From NCBI GenBank assembly GCA_045804965.1, contig JBJMMD010000016.1:133482-197481 (forward strand): a stretch of DNA of 64,000 nt. Direction: 5' to 3'. Positions 25,785 to 36,260 of the stretch are shown here, one piece after another; the first letter of the stretch is position 1, and each line of letters starts with the position of its first letter. Origin of the DNA: Thermomicrobiales bacterium (GTDB lineage Bacteria > Chloroflexota > Chloroflexia > Thermomicrobiales > UBA6265). The notes under the pieces were generated by a model. It was not told the origin of the DNA, did no database searches, and worked only from the letters and a program-made list of their open reading frames with translations. Made by a program: the position numbers and the translations under genes.

Positions 25785-28700
25785 CTAAGTACGGTTGATC
25801 ACCACCGTGACGTTCGTTGTTTGTCCTCCGATGACCTCGATCGTCCGTTCGTCTGCTCGCCCGTAGCCAGTCGGGACGATGCTCTGGTAGAGGATATAGG
25901 TTCCTGGAAGCAGGCCGGTCAACTTGACCTGGCCGTCGACGACCGATGTTGCGTCAGACGGATCCAGATCGCACGCCTTTGCGTAGAGAACGCCCTTGCC
26001 GCCGCCTTGCGCGACCGTCCAAATTTCGTAACAGGCGTTGTTCAAATGGCCGTTCGTCTGGTCGACCGTGGTGGCGATCACCGTGCCCGCGAGTTGGTCC
26101 GGGAGTGTCAGATTCAGGTCGGCCGATGTGAACATCATGAACCCGAAGTCGGGAGCCTTTGCATAGCCCGGCGGCGCCGTAATCTCGCGGCCAATGTAAT
26201 TGCCCGCCGGCAGCCGAATCGAGGTGACGCCGTCGCCGAGTCCTGGCCCACCGTCCTTGTCGCACAGGTTGCTGGCGCCGTCGACGAGCGCCCCCGGCGT
26301 GCCGTTGCCTGCATCCTTGAAGATCTTGAAGCAGGCGCCGATTAACGTCTGGAAGTTCTGGTCGACCTTCGAGATCGTGAACAGCGGGTAGATCTCGTTC
26401 GTCACCGTCACTTCGTGAGTGTCGCGACCAATGATCGTCATGATTGTGTCGGGCGCTGGGTAGTGGTCCTTAGGAACCAGGCTTTGGACCGCGATATAGG
26501 TACCCGGTGCCCATTCGATGCTGGTCGTGCCATCCACGCCATCGAGGGCGTCGCAGAACAGCTTCCCTTGGATCTTGGTTCCCCGAGAGCCGTTGTTGTT
26601 CGTCCAGAGCTCCCAGCACCCGGATTTGAGCGGTTGACCATCCCGTGAGCTGATGTTCTTGATCTTGACCGTGCCTGCCGGGAAGTTTTGCACGGTCAGC
26701 GTCGGGTTCGCGCCGCGGACAAGGACGACCGGGATGTCTGGTCCGGCAGCAAATCCGACAGGCGCCGTGTCTTCACCGAGGAGATAGCTGCCTGGGCGCT
26801 CCTTCATTTTCAAGACGCCGTTGATGCTGCATGCGCCGGAGCCGATCATCTTCGCGCCGCGCTGACCGCCGTTGTTCACATACAAATTGAAGCAGGCGCC
26901 CGCGAGCAGATTGTTCTGCTCGTCGACCTTGACCACGGTCAGAATCGGCCAGGGCTCGTCGACGATGGTGACGGGATTGTCCTGCAGCGCAACCGTGACC
27001 GGCGTGTCAGCTGCCGTGAAAAATCCCATTGGCGTCGCGGTCTCGGCGACGAGGTATTGAGCGGGCGGCAGGCTGTTGATCAGAGTGACGCCATCCGTCT
27101 TGTTATCGTCCCCGTCGCAGGCCTGGGCGATAAGCGCGCCTCGCGTGCCGTTGACGTTCTTGTAGGCGGCAAAGCAGGCGGAGTTGAGTTTCTTGCCGTC
27201 CGGATCGGTCTTCGTGACCGTGATCGTGCCCGATCTGACATTCGTCACGGTCAGGGTCGTGACGTGCCCGCGCACCATGCTGAACTGCAGGGGCGGACCC
27301 GCCAAATATCCGATCGGTGCCTTCGTCTCGACAAGCAGATAGTTGCCCGGAGAAACGAGCGCCGCGAGGTAACCGTCGCCATCGGTATCGCACGGCCGCT
27401 GTCCGCTGCCCCACGTCACCTCGGGGCCCTTCACTCCGCCGCCAAGATCGGTGTACGCCGTATAGCACATGCCTGGCAGTGGTTGGCCAAGCTCACCTAC
27501 CTTGTAGACCTCGAGCAGAGGGAACGGTTCGTTATAGAACGACGTCGACGTCGTTTGACCCGCGATGACGGACACGCCCTGGTCCGGCGCGTCATGGAAG
27601 TAGCCAGGGATAGGCACGGTTTCGGTAATGACGAAGTTACCGGTCGGCAGACCCTTGATCGTCGTGATCCCGTCGCTGGCACCGTCGTTTCCGTCGCAAG
27701 CTCTGCCTGCACGAGCGCCGCGCGAGACCCCGCCAAGATCGACGAAGACGTCGAAGCAGGCACCATCGACCCGCCAACCGTACACGGAATCAAGCTTTTC
27801 GATGTAGAGGATTCCGCCGTACTGGTCGGTGACGTCGAGCGGTGTGTCGTGCAACGGCGTGATGCTGAATTGCACATCGGGCGCGAGCAGGTAGTCGGCT
27901 GGAGCTTGCAACTCCCCGAGAATGTAGTTGCCGACCGAAACGGGAACGGCCAAGAATCCATCATTCGTGCCATCGTCTTGGTCACAAACACGACCCACGA
28001 CACTGACGCCGCGCACACCGCCGCCGGCGTTCTTGTAGATGCCGAAGCACGCGCCGGCGAGCGGCTGGCCCTGGCCGTTGAGCTTATGAATGATCACCTT
28101 CGTCGTCGGTGTGTCCTTGATCGTCACGCTGGCTTGCTGGCCGGCGACAACGGTAACGATCTTGTCCGCGGCGACGAGATAGCCGATCGGCGCTTTGCTC
28201 TCGGCAAGGACATACGCGCCCGCGGCGAGGCCATCGACGATGATGAGGTTCCCGCTGTCGTTGCATCCACGGGCGACAAATGTGCCCCGGACACCGCCGC
28301 CGCGATCCGTGTAAGCATCAAAGCAAGAGCCGACGAGCGGTTCACCCACCTCGTTTTGCTTAGTGACTTTGATTGCGCCGCCTTGGGTGTCGGCGATCGA
28401 AATCGCAAGGGGCGTGTTGGCTTGAACTGAAAACGTCCGGTTCGATGCGCGCCCGTAGCCAAGCGGAGCACTTGATTCATGAATGACGTAGTTGCCGGGA
28501 GTGAGCACCCCAAATTTCAGGACGCCGTTATTCGCGCCGTCGTCGCCGTCGCAGTGACTGGTTATGAGCGCACCAGTGGCGCCACCGCCCGCATCCGCAT
28601 AGATCTCGAAGCACGCTCCAGCAAGTGGCGCATTCGTGGTGTTTGTCTTGTAAACGATGAGACCCAGTTCGGGCTGATCGGTAACGGTCAGCGTCGTGGT

Positions 28701-30053
28701 TTGATTCGGAACGATGACCACGCTCTGGTCGGCTGCGGGGGCGAAACCAAGCGGCGCGGTCGATTCCGCCATAACGTAGGTTCCCGCGCCAAATAAGCCA
28801 AGATAGGTCGATCCGTCGGCGCCGTCATCGCCGTCGCACTTCGTGCGGAGGAGCGTTCCCCGAGTCCCAGCTCCACCGTCGGTATAAACCGTGAAGCACG
28901 CGCCAGTGAGCGTGGCGCCGACGTCGTTGTGTTTGATGACAACGAGCGTGCCGGGAACGGGCGTTGGTGACGGAGTAGGCGTCCTGGTCGGAGTGGGGGT
29001 TGGGGTTCTGGTTGCCGTTGGCGTGAACGTCGCCGTTGGCGTTCTAGTTGCGGTTGGGGTCGCGGTCGCGGTCCTCGTTCCGGTCACGGTTGGGGAATTC
29101 GTTGGACTTGGCGTCATTGATGGCGTTTTCGTCACGCTGGGCGTCGGCGTTGCCGTCCTCGTTGGCGTTGGGGTCGGCGTGACGAGGGCAATGGTAAAGA
29201 TCGCCGACGCGTAGCTCCCGGTCGTTCCCTTGCCGACAACTTTGTGGTTGCCCATGGACGAGACCGGAACGGCGAACGTCGTGTTCCCACTCCCCGTGCT
29301 CGACATCACGATCTTCTTGAGGACGGTGTAGTTGGTTGCGTCGCTGTACCAGCGCATCTCGACAGACTCGCCTGGTACGTAGCCCCGAAATGAGATCGCG
29401 GTCGATGACAACATCCAGCCGATGGTCGGCGACAAGCGGATGCGCGGCGTCATCGTGAAGATCGTGGACGCGGCGATTCTGCCGGCGACGGCTTTGACCG
29501 TGTGCGGGCCCTTGGGCGCGGCCGGGACTTTGAATGACGTTGATCCGGCGCCGGACGCCGACGAGATCACATGCGTCATAACCGTGGTGTCGAACTTGAT
29601 GTAGACCGTGACCATGGCCGGGAAGCCAGAAAAGGTGACCGTCACCTTTGTGTCAACTCGGCCCGACGTTGGCGAAATGGCGATGGCCGGCGTAACCGCC
29701 GCCGAAAATGCCGGCTTCGTCGCGGTGGCGGTGGGCGGAATGGAAGTCGAGGTTGGGGCCGGGGTGACGGTGGAGGTTGCGGTATCGATTGCGACCGGCG
29801 TGTTCTCGGCCGGCTGCGTCGCATCTGGCGGCGCCGGAGCGGTGGCGTCGGGTGTGGTCGGGATGTCCACGGCTTCCGGGGTCGCGTCGTCGACCGCTAC
29901 CGGCGTCGCATTTTGCGCGCGTACGGGCAGCATCATCGTCGGTCCGACGATGAACGCGATCAGCGTCAGGACGACGAGCAACCGGGTCTGGAGCGTATTC
30001 CGCCTAATAGTGGATTCCTCCGATCCGCCGTAGGAGAAACTCATAATCCTCAC
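25785..30053 (-). CDS. 1422-aa secreted/cell-surface protein: signal peptide, Ala/Pro/Thr spacer, two Ig-like modules, Thr/Pro linker, 11 tandem SpaA-like (prealbumin-fold) domains
   Basis: N-terminal hydrophobic leader ...LPVRAQ. Repeated unit of about 95 aa with the pattern G(A/S)C(F/Y/W)x(V/I/L)(Y/F/W)...GxxG...C(D/N)xxDG...LxxGxYxxxExxAPxGY. No LPXTG, SLH or other anchor seen at the C-terminus (...VVINRT). Confidence 0.85.
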   Translation of the reverse strand: MRIMSFSYGGSEESTIRRNTLQTRLLVVLTLIAFIVGPTMMLPVRAQNATPVAVDDATPEAVDIPTTPDATAPAPPDATQPAENTPVAIDTATSTVTPAPTSTSIPPTATATKPAFSAAVTPAIAISPTSGRVDTKVTVTFSGFPAMVTVYIKFDTTVMTHVISSASGAGSTSFKVPAAPKGPHTVKAVAGRIAASTIFTMTPRIRLSPTIGWMLSSTAISFRGYVPGESVEMRWYSDATNYTVLKKIVMSSTGSGNTTFAVPVSSMGNHKVVGKGTTGSYASAIFTIALVTPTPTPTRTATPTPSVTKTPSMTPSPTNSPTVTGTRTATATPTATRTPTATFTPTATRTPTPTPTRTPTPSPTPVPGTLVVIKHNDVGATLTGACFTVYTDGGAGTRGTLLRTKCDGDDGADGSTYLGLFGAGTYVMAESTAPLGFAPAADQSVVIVPNQTTTLTVTDQPELGLIVYKTNTTNAPLAGACFEIYADAGGGATGALITSHCDGDDGANNGVLKFGVLTPGNYVIHESSAPLGYGRASNRTFSVQANTPLAISIADTQGGAIKVTKQNEVGEPLVGSCFDAYTDRGGGVRGTFVARGCNDSGNLIIVDGLAAGAYVLAESKAPIGYLVAADKIVTVVAGQQASVTIKDTPTTKVIIHKLNGQGQPLAGACFGIYKNAGGGVRGVSVVGRVCDQDDGTNDGFLAVPVSVGNYILGELQAPADYLLAPDVQFSITPLHDTPLDVTDQYGGILYIEKLDSVYGWRVDGACFDVFVDLGGVSRGARAGRACDGNDGASDGITTIKGLPTGNFVITETVPIPGYFHDAPDQGVSVIAGQTTSTSFYNEPFPLLEVYKVGELGQPLPGMCYTAYTDLGGGVKGPEVTWGSGQRPCDTDGDGYLAALVSPGNYLLVETKAPIGYLAGPPLQFSMVRGHVTTLTVTNVRSGTITVTKTDPDGKKLNSACFAAYKNVNGTRGALIAQACDGDDNKTDGVTLINSLPPAQYLVAETATPMGFFTAADTPVTVALQDNPVTIVDEPWPILTVVKVDEQNNLLAGACFNLYVNNGGQRGAKMIGSGACSINGVLKMKERPGSYLLGEDTAPVGFAAGPDIPVVLVRGANPTLTVQNFPAGTVKIKNISSRDGQPLKSGCWELWTNNNGSRGTKIQGKLFCDALDGVDGTTSIEWAPGTYIAVQSLVPKDHYPAPDTIMTIIGRDTHEVTVTNEIYPLFTISKVDQNFQTLIGACFKIFKDAGNGTPGALVDGASNLCDKDGGPGLGDGVTSIRLPAGNYIGREITAPPGYAKAPDFGFMMFTSADLNLTLPDQLAGTVIATTVDQTNGHLNNACYEIWTVAQGGGKGVLYAKACDLDPSDATSVVDGQVKLTGLLPGTYILYQSIVPTGYGRADERTIEVIGGQTTNVTVVINRT
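25788..28949 (-). repeat. 11 tandem ~285-nt domain-coding repeats (diverged)
   Basis: Periodicity is seen at the protein level (11 GxC[FYW] ... CD..DG ... AP.GY units). The DNA copies are diverged, not identical. Confidence 0.75.
28950..29183 (-). repeat. low-complexity Thr/Pro-linker coding tract
   Basis: Encodes [78 protein letters not shown]. The plus strand shows reiterated GTTGG/GGCGT-type short motifs. Confidence 0.8.
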
Positions 30054-30249
30054 GCGCAGCGTTTCGCGGCGACTTCAAAGTCGTACGAATCGAGGCGGCA
30101 AGGTGTGATTCCAGTGTTGGTGAGGGGGACAACCGCGACAATACTGTTTTCGTACAGTTACGAAAGGGCTTTGGCACCGACAAGGAGAAGACCATCGGGC
30201 TAGTTACGCCGGACGCGGCCGATGATCTATCGATAATTTCCCGCGCTGG

Positions 30250-31830
30250 TTATTTCGGGGGCAAGGAAAGGCCCATCAGTTCAGTGCGGAAGAGGCGCAC
30301 GTCCATTTCGCAGAGGGAGGGGCTGATGCGCAAGGGAAACTCGGATTGAGCGAGAATGTCCCGTTCGAGATCGATGCCGGGGGCGATTTCGGTCACGGTT
30401 AAGCCGTCAGGTTCGACTCGAATCACACAGCGCTCGGTCACATACGTGACCCGCTGCCTACGCTCGCGGGCCATCCGCCCGCTGAACGTAACGTGCTCGA
30501 TCTCACGAACGAATTTCTTGACCTTGCCCTCGTGCAGAATCTGTACACGTCCCTCGTCGATCGCGACCTTGACCCCGGCGGTCATGTAGCCGCTGAAGAT
30601 CAAACTCCGCGCGTTCGCGGTGATGTCGATGAACCCGCCGGCGCCCGCCGTGACGTGCGGCCGCGCTGCGAGGCGGGAAACGTTGACGCTCCCGTCCGCA
30701 TCGACTTGCATAAAGGACAGACAGGCGCGATCGAATCCGCCGCCTTGGAAGTAGACGAACTGTTGCGGCGACGGCATGATCGCCTGGGCATTTGCGGCGC
30801 AACCAAACTGAAACCCCAGGAGTGGCACCCCACCGACCGCGCCCTGCTCAATCACCCAGGTGACGGCATCGCCCTGTCCTTCTTCGAGCAACACGCGTGG
30901 CACGAGCGCGGAAATTCCGAAACCTAGGTTGATTGCCTCTCCTGCCTGGAGCTCCATTGCCGTGCGGCGGGCGATCACCTTTTCGGCGCTCCACTCAACC
31001 GGCGGGAACGCATCGAGCGGGGCGCGGACCTCGCCGCTGATCGCCGGATCGTAGGCGGTCTGCGTCGTTTGCATCTGTTCAGGATCGACGACCACGTAAT
31101 CGACGACGACCCCGGGAATGCGAACACTTTGGGTGGGGATCGAACCCGCGATGACCTGCTTGACTTGCGCGATCACGATGCCGCCATTGTTGCGGGCGGC
31201 GAGGGCTTGGTCCAACCCGCCGAGATAAGCACCCTCATGCTCACAGGAGATGTTGCCGCGCTCGTCGGCGGTTGTGCCGCGGACAATTGCGACGTCGATC
31301 GGAATTGCCTTGAAGTACAACCATTCGTCGCCGTCGAACTCGACGAACCGGACAATGTCTTCGGTCGTGCGCTCGTTCATCCGGCCGCCGGTGCGACGCG
31401 GGTCGACGAAGGTGTCGAGCCCCACTTTGGTCAAGACGCCCGGGCGGTGGGCGGCGGCATCGGCGTGCATATGGAACAGCACACCGCTCGGCAGGTTAAA
31501 GGCCTCGACCCGATTCTCGTCGATCATCTGCCAGATCTTGGGCGATGGACGTGACGAAGGGCCACTGGGTAACGATCCGGCGATGACCCGTTCGAGGAGA
31601 CCATCTTTGGCGATGTGGTCGATCCCATCGATGCCGTACATGTCGCCGGCGGCAATCGGATGAATACTCGTCAGCTGTTTGGGCTCGCCGGTCGCGTCGA
31701 AACGGGCGCCGATGGCCTTCAACATCTTGTCGGGACAGCCGAGCCCGCTTGAGGAACTGACCGAAACAGTCGCCCCGCTGGGAATGAGCTTTGCCGCCTC
31801 TTCGAATGACAGGACTTTGCCGCGCGGCAT
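30250..31830 (-). CDS. acyl-CoA:acetate/3-ketoacid CoA-transferase family protein (fused alpha/beta, YdiF-like)
   Basis: GKVLSFEEAAKLIPSGATVSVSSSSGLGCP N-terminus and an EQGAVGG catalytic-Glu region (SENG-like). Start taken at ATG 31830 (MPRGK). The track ORF extends to 31899. Confidence 0.85.
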   Translation of the reverse strand: MPRGKVLSFEEAAKLIPSGATVSVSSSSGLGCPDKMLKAIGARFDATGEPKQLTSIHPIAAGDMYGIDGIDHIAKDGLLERVIAGSLPSGPSSRPSPKIWQMIDENRVEAFNLPSGVLFHMHADAAAHRPGVLTKVGLDTFVDPRRTGGRMNERTTEDIVRFVEFDGDEWLYFKAIPIDVAIVRGTTADERGNISCEHEGAYLGGLDQALAARNNGGIVIAQVKQVIAGSIPTQSVRIPGVVVDYVVVDPEQMQTTQTAYDPAISGEVRAPLDAFPPVEWSAEKVIARRTAMELQAGEAINLGFGISALVPRVLLEEGQGDAVTWVIEQGAVGGVPLLGFQFGCAANAQAIMPSPQQFVYFQGGGFDRACLSFMQVDADGSVNVSRLAARPHVTAGAGGFIDITANARSLIFSGYMTAGVKVAIDEGRVQILHEGKVKKFVREIEHVTFSGRMARERRQRVTYVTERCVIRVEPDGLTVTEIAPGIDLERDILAQSEFPLRISPSLCEMDVRLFRTELMGLSLPPK

Positions 31831-32094
31831 GGTCAACTCACTTCCAGTTACAGGCGAGGCTGCGCTCGACTTCGGTGGCGGAAGTGTACGCAATTCCATC
31901 GCCGTACCGGAACGGCCCCAAGGCAGCGACCTTCCTCGTCATGGTTAGTTGACTGATCCGCGGTCGTGCTTTCGTTGCCCCGCCCGGGGCTGAAAGCCCC
32001 GGGCAACGGCTTCTTAGCCCTTCCGGGACTAGGAACGAAATCGATGCCTCATCAGCGTGCTCTGCATGATGATGCAGGGTTGGGACAGAAGAGG

Positions 32095-33105
32095 TCAGTC
32101 TTGAACGGCGATGGTCCGGCCGGTCGCGGCCGACTCGGCCGCGGCGAGGGCAACCGCGAGTGAGCGCAGGCCGTCCTCGCCAGTGGCGGCTGGTTGACTG
32201 CCGGTCAGAACGGCCTGATTGAAGAGGCGGACGGAGCGAGCATAGAGATCTTCCATTTCGCCGTAATCAACGACGTCGCGCTCATCGCCGCGTTGAAGAT
32301 AGATCATGCCTTTAGGGTTCTGCGTCATGATGTCGATCCCAACCAGCGAGCCTTCCGTGCCGTGGACTTCGAACCCGGTGGAGGCGTGACGAATCGTGAA
32401 GGCATCGTGAAATTGAGCGATTGCGCTATTTTCAAACCGGATGACGCCCATCACGCCATCGGCGAGGCCCTCGGCGGCCATGCCCTGGTTCGTCGTCATC
32501 GCCGTGACTTCGATCGGTTCGTCGTCAAGAACGAACCGAAGGGTGTCGGCGTCGTGCACGGTGATGTCGAGGATAACGCCGCCGCCGTGGGGACTGTTGA
32601 CGCGCCAGCCGTGCAGGTTCTGCGGCAAATAAATGGCATGGAAGACGCGGACGGCGAGCGGTTGCCCGATGGCGCCCTCAGCGATGAGGCGCCGCAGGGT
32701 GCGGTGGGTGGCGGCGTTGCGCAGATGATGATTGGTTCCCATCGTCACGCCCGCCGCGCTGCAGGCTGCGACCATCTCCTTGGCATCCGCGAGGGTGAGC
32801 GCGAGTGGTTTCTCGCAAAGAAGATGCTTACCGGCTCGAGCAGTCGCGAGCGCCTGACTCTTGTGCTGTTCGTTCGTCGTGCTGATGTAGACGATATCGA
32901 CCTCGGGATCTGCGAGGAGTTCGTCAATATCGTTGTAGACCCGCGGAATGCTGGCTTCGGCGGCGAATGCGCGAGCACGGGCGGGATCGCTGCTGACGAT
33001 GCCGGCAACGTGACTGTTGGGATCACTGGCGATCGCGGGAATCATGCGCCCGCGCGCGACGTTGCTCGCGCCGATCAATCCCCAGCCAAGTTGTTTGCCG
33101 TCCAC
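32095..33105 (-). CDS. Gfo/Idh/MocA family NAD(P)-dependent oxidoreductase
   Basis: LGWGLIGASNVARGRMIPAI Rossmann N-terminus and EKPLALT motif, at about 336 aa. Confidence 0.9.
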   Translation of the reverse strand: MDGKQLGWGLIGASNVARGRMIPAIASDPNSHVAGIVSSDPARARAFAAEASIPRVYNDIDELLADPEVDIVYISTTNEQHKSQALATARAGKHLLCEKPLALTLADAKEMVAACSAAGVTMGTNHHLRNAATHRTLRRLIAEGAIGQPLAVRVFHAIYLPQNLHGWRVNSPHGGGVILDITVHDADTLRFVLDDEPIEVTAMTTNQGMAAEGLADGVMGVIRFENSAIAQFHDAFTIRHASTGFEVHGTEGSLVGIDIMTQNPKGMIYLQRGDERDVVDYGEMEDLYARSVRLFNQAVLTGSQPAATGEDGLRSLAVALAAAESAATGRTIAVQD

Positions 33106-33120
33106 GACATCGCCTCTCGT

Positions 33121-34071
33121 CTAGCTGAGCGACAAGATCACCACGCTGCTGATCCCCCAACCGGCGATGCACAAGAGCAAGGGCCGATCGGTGAAGAGCA
33201 GCACTTCGGGGCTACCACCCAGATTGTGGCGGTGAACGAGGTAAAGATAACGAAAGATGGCATAGAGCACGAACGGGATCGTGAGCATCATCGACTTATT
33301 CTCGGGCACGCTCGCCGCGTCAAAAGTGTAGAGCGAATAGGCCATGACCGTCGCCGAGGAGACGATGCCGATGATTTGATCGAGCATGCCGATCGTGTAG
33401 GCATCGAGATTTGCGCGGTGACGTCCGGCCTGTCCCTCCAGGAGCACGATTTCGCTCCGGCGTTTGGCGAAGCCGATAAAAAGCGCCAGCAGCATTGTGC
33501 AGACATAGAGCCAGGGCGAGATTGGAACCGCGATGGCAACCGCGCCTCCAGCCGCCCGCAGCACGAAACCCGCGGCGATCGCGAAAACGTCAAGAATCAC
33601 AAGCCGCTTGAGCATGTACGAATACGAAACCATCAGCGCGAGGTATCCGGCGATCACGGCGGCGAACGCGGGTCGGATCAGAAAACTGGCGATCAGACCG
33701 CCCGACAACAAGATCGCGGCGGCGATAACCGCCTGGCGAACCGAAACCTCGCCCGATGCGATCGGGCGGAATCGTTTGCGGGGATGATGCTTGTCCTGCT
33801 CGATGTCACGGACATCGTTGATCAGATAGATGGCGCTGCTGGCGGCGCAAAAAACGAGCGCGGCGGCGATCGTGGTCAGGAACGGGTCGAGATCGAAGAC
33901 GCTGCGGGTGAAGATCAGGCCGGCGAAGACGAGCGCGTTTTTCGTCCATTGCAGCGGCCGCATCGCGCGGACGAGTGCTCGCGGGTTGAGCGCGGGCCGC
34001 GCGTCGGGCAAGGCAACGCCCGCGGCGTGCGCCGCGCCGTCTATTTGCTGAGCCTCACGTTGTCTGACCAA
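33121..34071 (-). CDS. UbiA-family prenyl-phosphate phosphoribosyltransferase (decaprenyl-phosphate phosphoribosyltransferase-like)
   Basis: RPLQWTKNALVFAGLIF and IYLINDVRDIEQDKHHPRKRFRPIASGEVS closely resemble the Rv3806c-type DPPR synthase motifs. About 8 TM segments. Start uncertain (TTG 34071 or ATG 33963). Confidence 0.8.
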   Translation of the reverse strand: MVRQREAQQIDGAAHAAGVALPDARPALNPRALVRAMRPLQWTKNALVFAGLIFTRSVFDLDPFLTTIAAALVFCAASSAIYLINDVRDIEQDKHHPRKRFRPIASGEVSVRQAVIAAAILLSGGLIASFLIRPAFAAVIAGYLALMVSYSYMLKRLVILDVFAIAAGFVLRAAGGAVAIAVPISPWLYVCTMLLALFIGFAKRRSEIVLLEGQAGRHRANLDAYTIGMLDQIIGIVSSATVMAYSLYTFDAASVPENKSMMLTIPFVLYAIFRYLYLVHRHNLGGSPEVLLFTDRPLLLCIAGWGISSVVILSLS

Positions 34072-34103
34072 CCTGTGCCCCGCGAACTTTGAGTACTGCC
34101 AAT

Positions 34104-35168
34104 CTAAAAAGCCCGCTTTAGAATGCCGAGCGCCCCTTGCTTCCAGGGCACGCGATGACTAATCCCGCTTTGCGCCGCAAAGCTCGCCTGGTGCCCTTTG
34201 TACCATTCAAAGTTACGCAATAGCGCCTCCCGGTTCGAGTACTTTGGCTCCCACTGAAGTCGTGTTTGTGCCTTTTCGATCGACACAAATGAGTCTTTCG
34301 ACGCGGTTTCGTAGACCCACTTGTATAACGGCGACCAACCAAGTCTCTCGAGGACACGCAAAGCGATGATCGCAGGCGTGGCGGGTATGCCGATGATCCG
34401 CTTGCCATGGCCGGCCGCGTCGAGCACGGCCTGGTAGTCGGCACGCATCGTGCCAAATTCCTCGGCCCCGATGTTGAATGTGTCGTTCACCGTGTCGGTA
34501 GGCAACGTCAGGCAGCACAAAATTGCTTGACAGAGATCTTCGACGTCGAGCAGCTGATAGCGGTTGCTGCCCGAGCCGATCATCGGGAAGTTTCGGCCGT
34601 CGAGCGCCCAATCGTAGAGGAGCGCGAACACACCCAACCGCTCCGTGCCGATGAATGACTTCGGCCGGAGGATGGGCACGACCAACCCCTTGGCCCGGTA
34701 TTCGAGGCACACCATTTCCGCTTGAATCTTGGCTTGACCGTAGGGGCCAACGCCGTCGAGACGGTCGTCTTCGAAGAGCGGGTGGTGATCCGGGATGCCG
34801 TAGACCGCGGTTGACGAGATGTGGATCACGCGCGGGATGCCCGCGCTGAGGGCGCCCGCGAGCACGTTGCGCGTACCCTCGACATCGGTCGTGTAAATCT
34901 CTTTCGGTGTGTAGAGGGGCAGCGCGGCCGCCGTGTGCACGACGAAATCAGCCCCTTCCATGGCGAGGGCGACGGCGGCATCGTCGCGGATGTCGCCTTT
35001 GAGAACCGTGACCTTGTCGCGGACATCGTCGTAGGTGTAGTCGGCGAAATCCAACGAAGTGATCGCAAAACCACGAGCAAGGAGAAACCGCGTCAGATTG
35101 ATGCCCAGAAACCCGGCGCCACCGGTAATGACCACCCGCGCCGGTCGACCGGCTTCACGCTGACTCAT
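34104..35168 (-). CDS. NAD-dependent epimerase/dehydratase (extended SDR)
   Basis: [19 protein letters not shown] glycine motif and a YxxxK region (YGQAKIQAE). Start at ATG 35168. An upstream GTG at 35255 is also possible. Confidence 0.85.
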   Translation of the reverse strand: MSQREAGRPARVVITGGAGFLGINLTRFLLARGFAITSLDFADYTYDDVRDKVTVLKGDIRDDAAVALAMEGADFVVHTAAALPLYTPKEIYTTDVEGTRNVLAGALSAGIPRVIHISSTAVYGIPDHHPLFEDDRLDGVGPYGQAKIQAEMVCLEYRAKGLVVPILRPKSFIGTERLGVFALLYDWALDGRNFPMIGSGSNRYQLLDVEDLCQAILCCLTLPTDTVNDTFNIGAEEFGTMRADYQAVLDAAGHGKRIIGIPATPAIIALRVLERLGWSPLYKWVYETASKDSFVSIEKAQTRLQWEPKYSNREALLRNFEWYKGHQASFAAQSGISHRVPWKQGALGILKRAF

Positions 35169-35457
35169 TCCACCAACTTTCAAACCAGCAATCGAATCCA
35201 AGTGCAGGGCCGCGATCGATGGGATCGTCGTCCTGTTCTTGTCAGTATCTAGCACGCAGCCAGGTGGATGCCATCAAGCCAGCCGATCCGATTCGCCGGC
35301 TCGACGCCGGCAAACTTGAAATGAGAGGTCTACTGCCAGCCAAGGCGCGATTTCCGGTTTGCGACCGTATCTTCTATTACACTGGGTTGACCTTTTGTCC
35401 ATGTGGCGGATAGCGCCGGGTCTTGATCAGGATTGCCGAGACCGGTAGGATGACAAT

Positions 35458-36255
35458 GTGGAACGGCAATTCGCGCCGATTGGCGTTTTCGATTCAGGTC
35501 TGGGAGGGCTGAGCGTCCTCCAGGAAATTCGCACCTTGCTCCCCGCCGAGGACTTGCTCTATGTCGCGGACGGTGCCTACTGCCCGTATGGCACCCGTAC
35601 GCCCCAGGAAATCCTCGAACGCAGCCTGGCGATCGCCGGCGCACTGGTGTCGCGAAGCGTCAAACTCGCCGTTGTTGCTTGCAACACCGCGTGTTCGGTA
35701 GCACTCGACGATCTTCGCGCTCGGTTTTCGATCCCGATCGTCGGTCTCGAGCCGGCGATCAAGCCGGCGGCGGTCGAAACCAGGTCGGGCCGAATCGCCG
35801 TCATCGCCACACCGAGAACCGTTGCCGGCACGCGATTGAGGAACCTCGTCGAACTATATGGGCGAAACGCCGAGGTCCGCCTTGTCGCCGCCCCTGGTTG
35901 GGTCGATCTTGTCGAATCGGGACAAACTCGCGGCCTCGTGGCCCGAGACGCGGTCGAATCGCTGGTCCGCCCGCTGCTGGCAGCGGGCGTCGATACGATC
36001 GTTCTCGGTTGCACGCACTATCCCTTCTTGCGCTCCGAGATCGAGGCAAGTGCGGGCAGTCATGTCCGCGTGATCGACAGCGGCGAAGCGATTGCCAGGC
36101 GGACACGCGACTTGCTCGATCAGGGTGAGATTCGCCGCAACCATGGGCATGACGGCGTCACCAGTCTATTCACGACAGGTGACGCGGTCGCGATGAGCGC
36201 CATTTGCTCCCGGTTGCTCGGCCGAAACGTCGTAGCCGAGCACTTTCCCGTTTGA
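35458..36255 (+). CDS. murI: glutamate racemase
   Basis: FDSGLGGLSVL, ACNTAC and GCTHYPFL catalytic-Cys motifs. GTG start. Confidence 0.9.
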   Translation: MERQFAPIGVFDSGLGGLSVLQEIRTLLPAEDLLYVADGAYCPYGTRTPQEILERSLAIAGALVSRSVKLAVVACNTACSVALDDLRARFSIPIVGLEPAIKPAAVETRSGRIAVIATPRTVAGTRLRNLVELYGRNAEVRLVAAPGWVDLVESGQTRGLVARDAVESLVRPLLAAGVDTIVLGCTHYPFLRSEIEASAGSHVRVIDSGEAIARRTRDLLDQGEIRRNHGHDGVTSLFTTGDAVAMSAICSRLLGRNVVAEHFPV

Positions 36256-36260
36256 CCCGA

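Noticed and set aside
28950-29183. Short reiterated DNA motifs that might suggest a CRISPR array or VNTR.
   Set aside because: There is no repeat-spacer periodicity. The tract is in frame within the giant gene and simply encodes a Thr/Pro linker.
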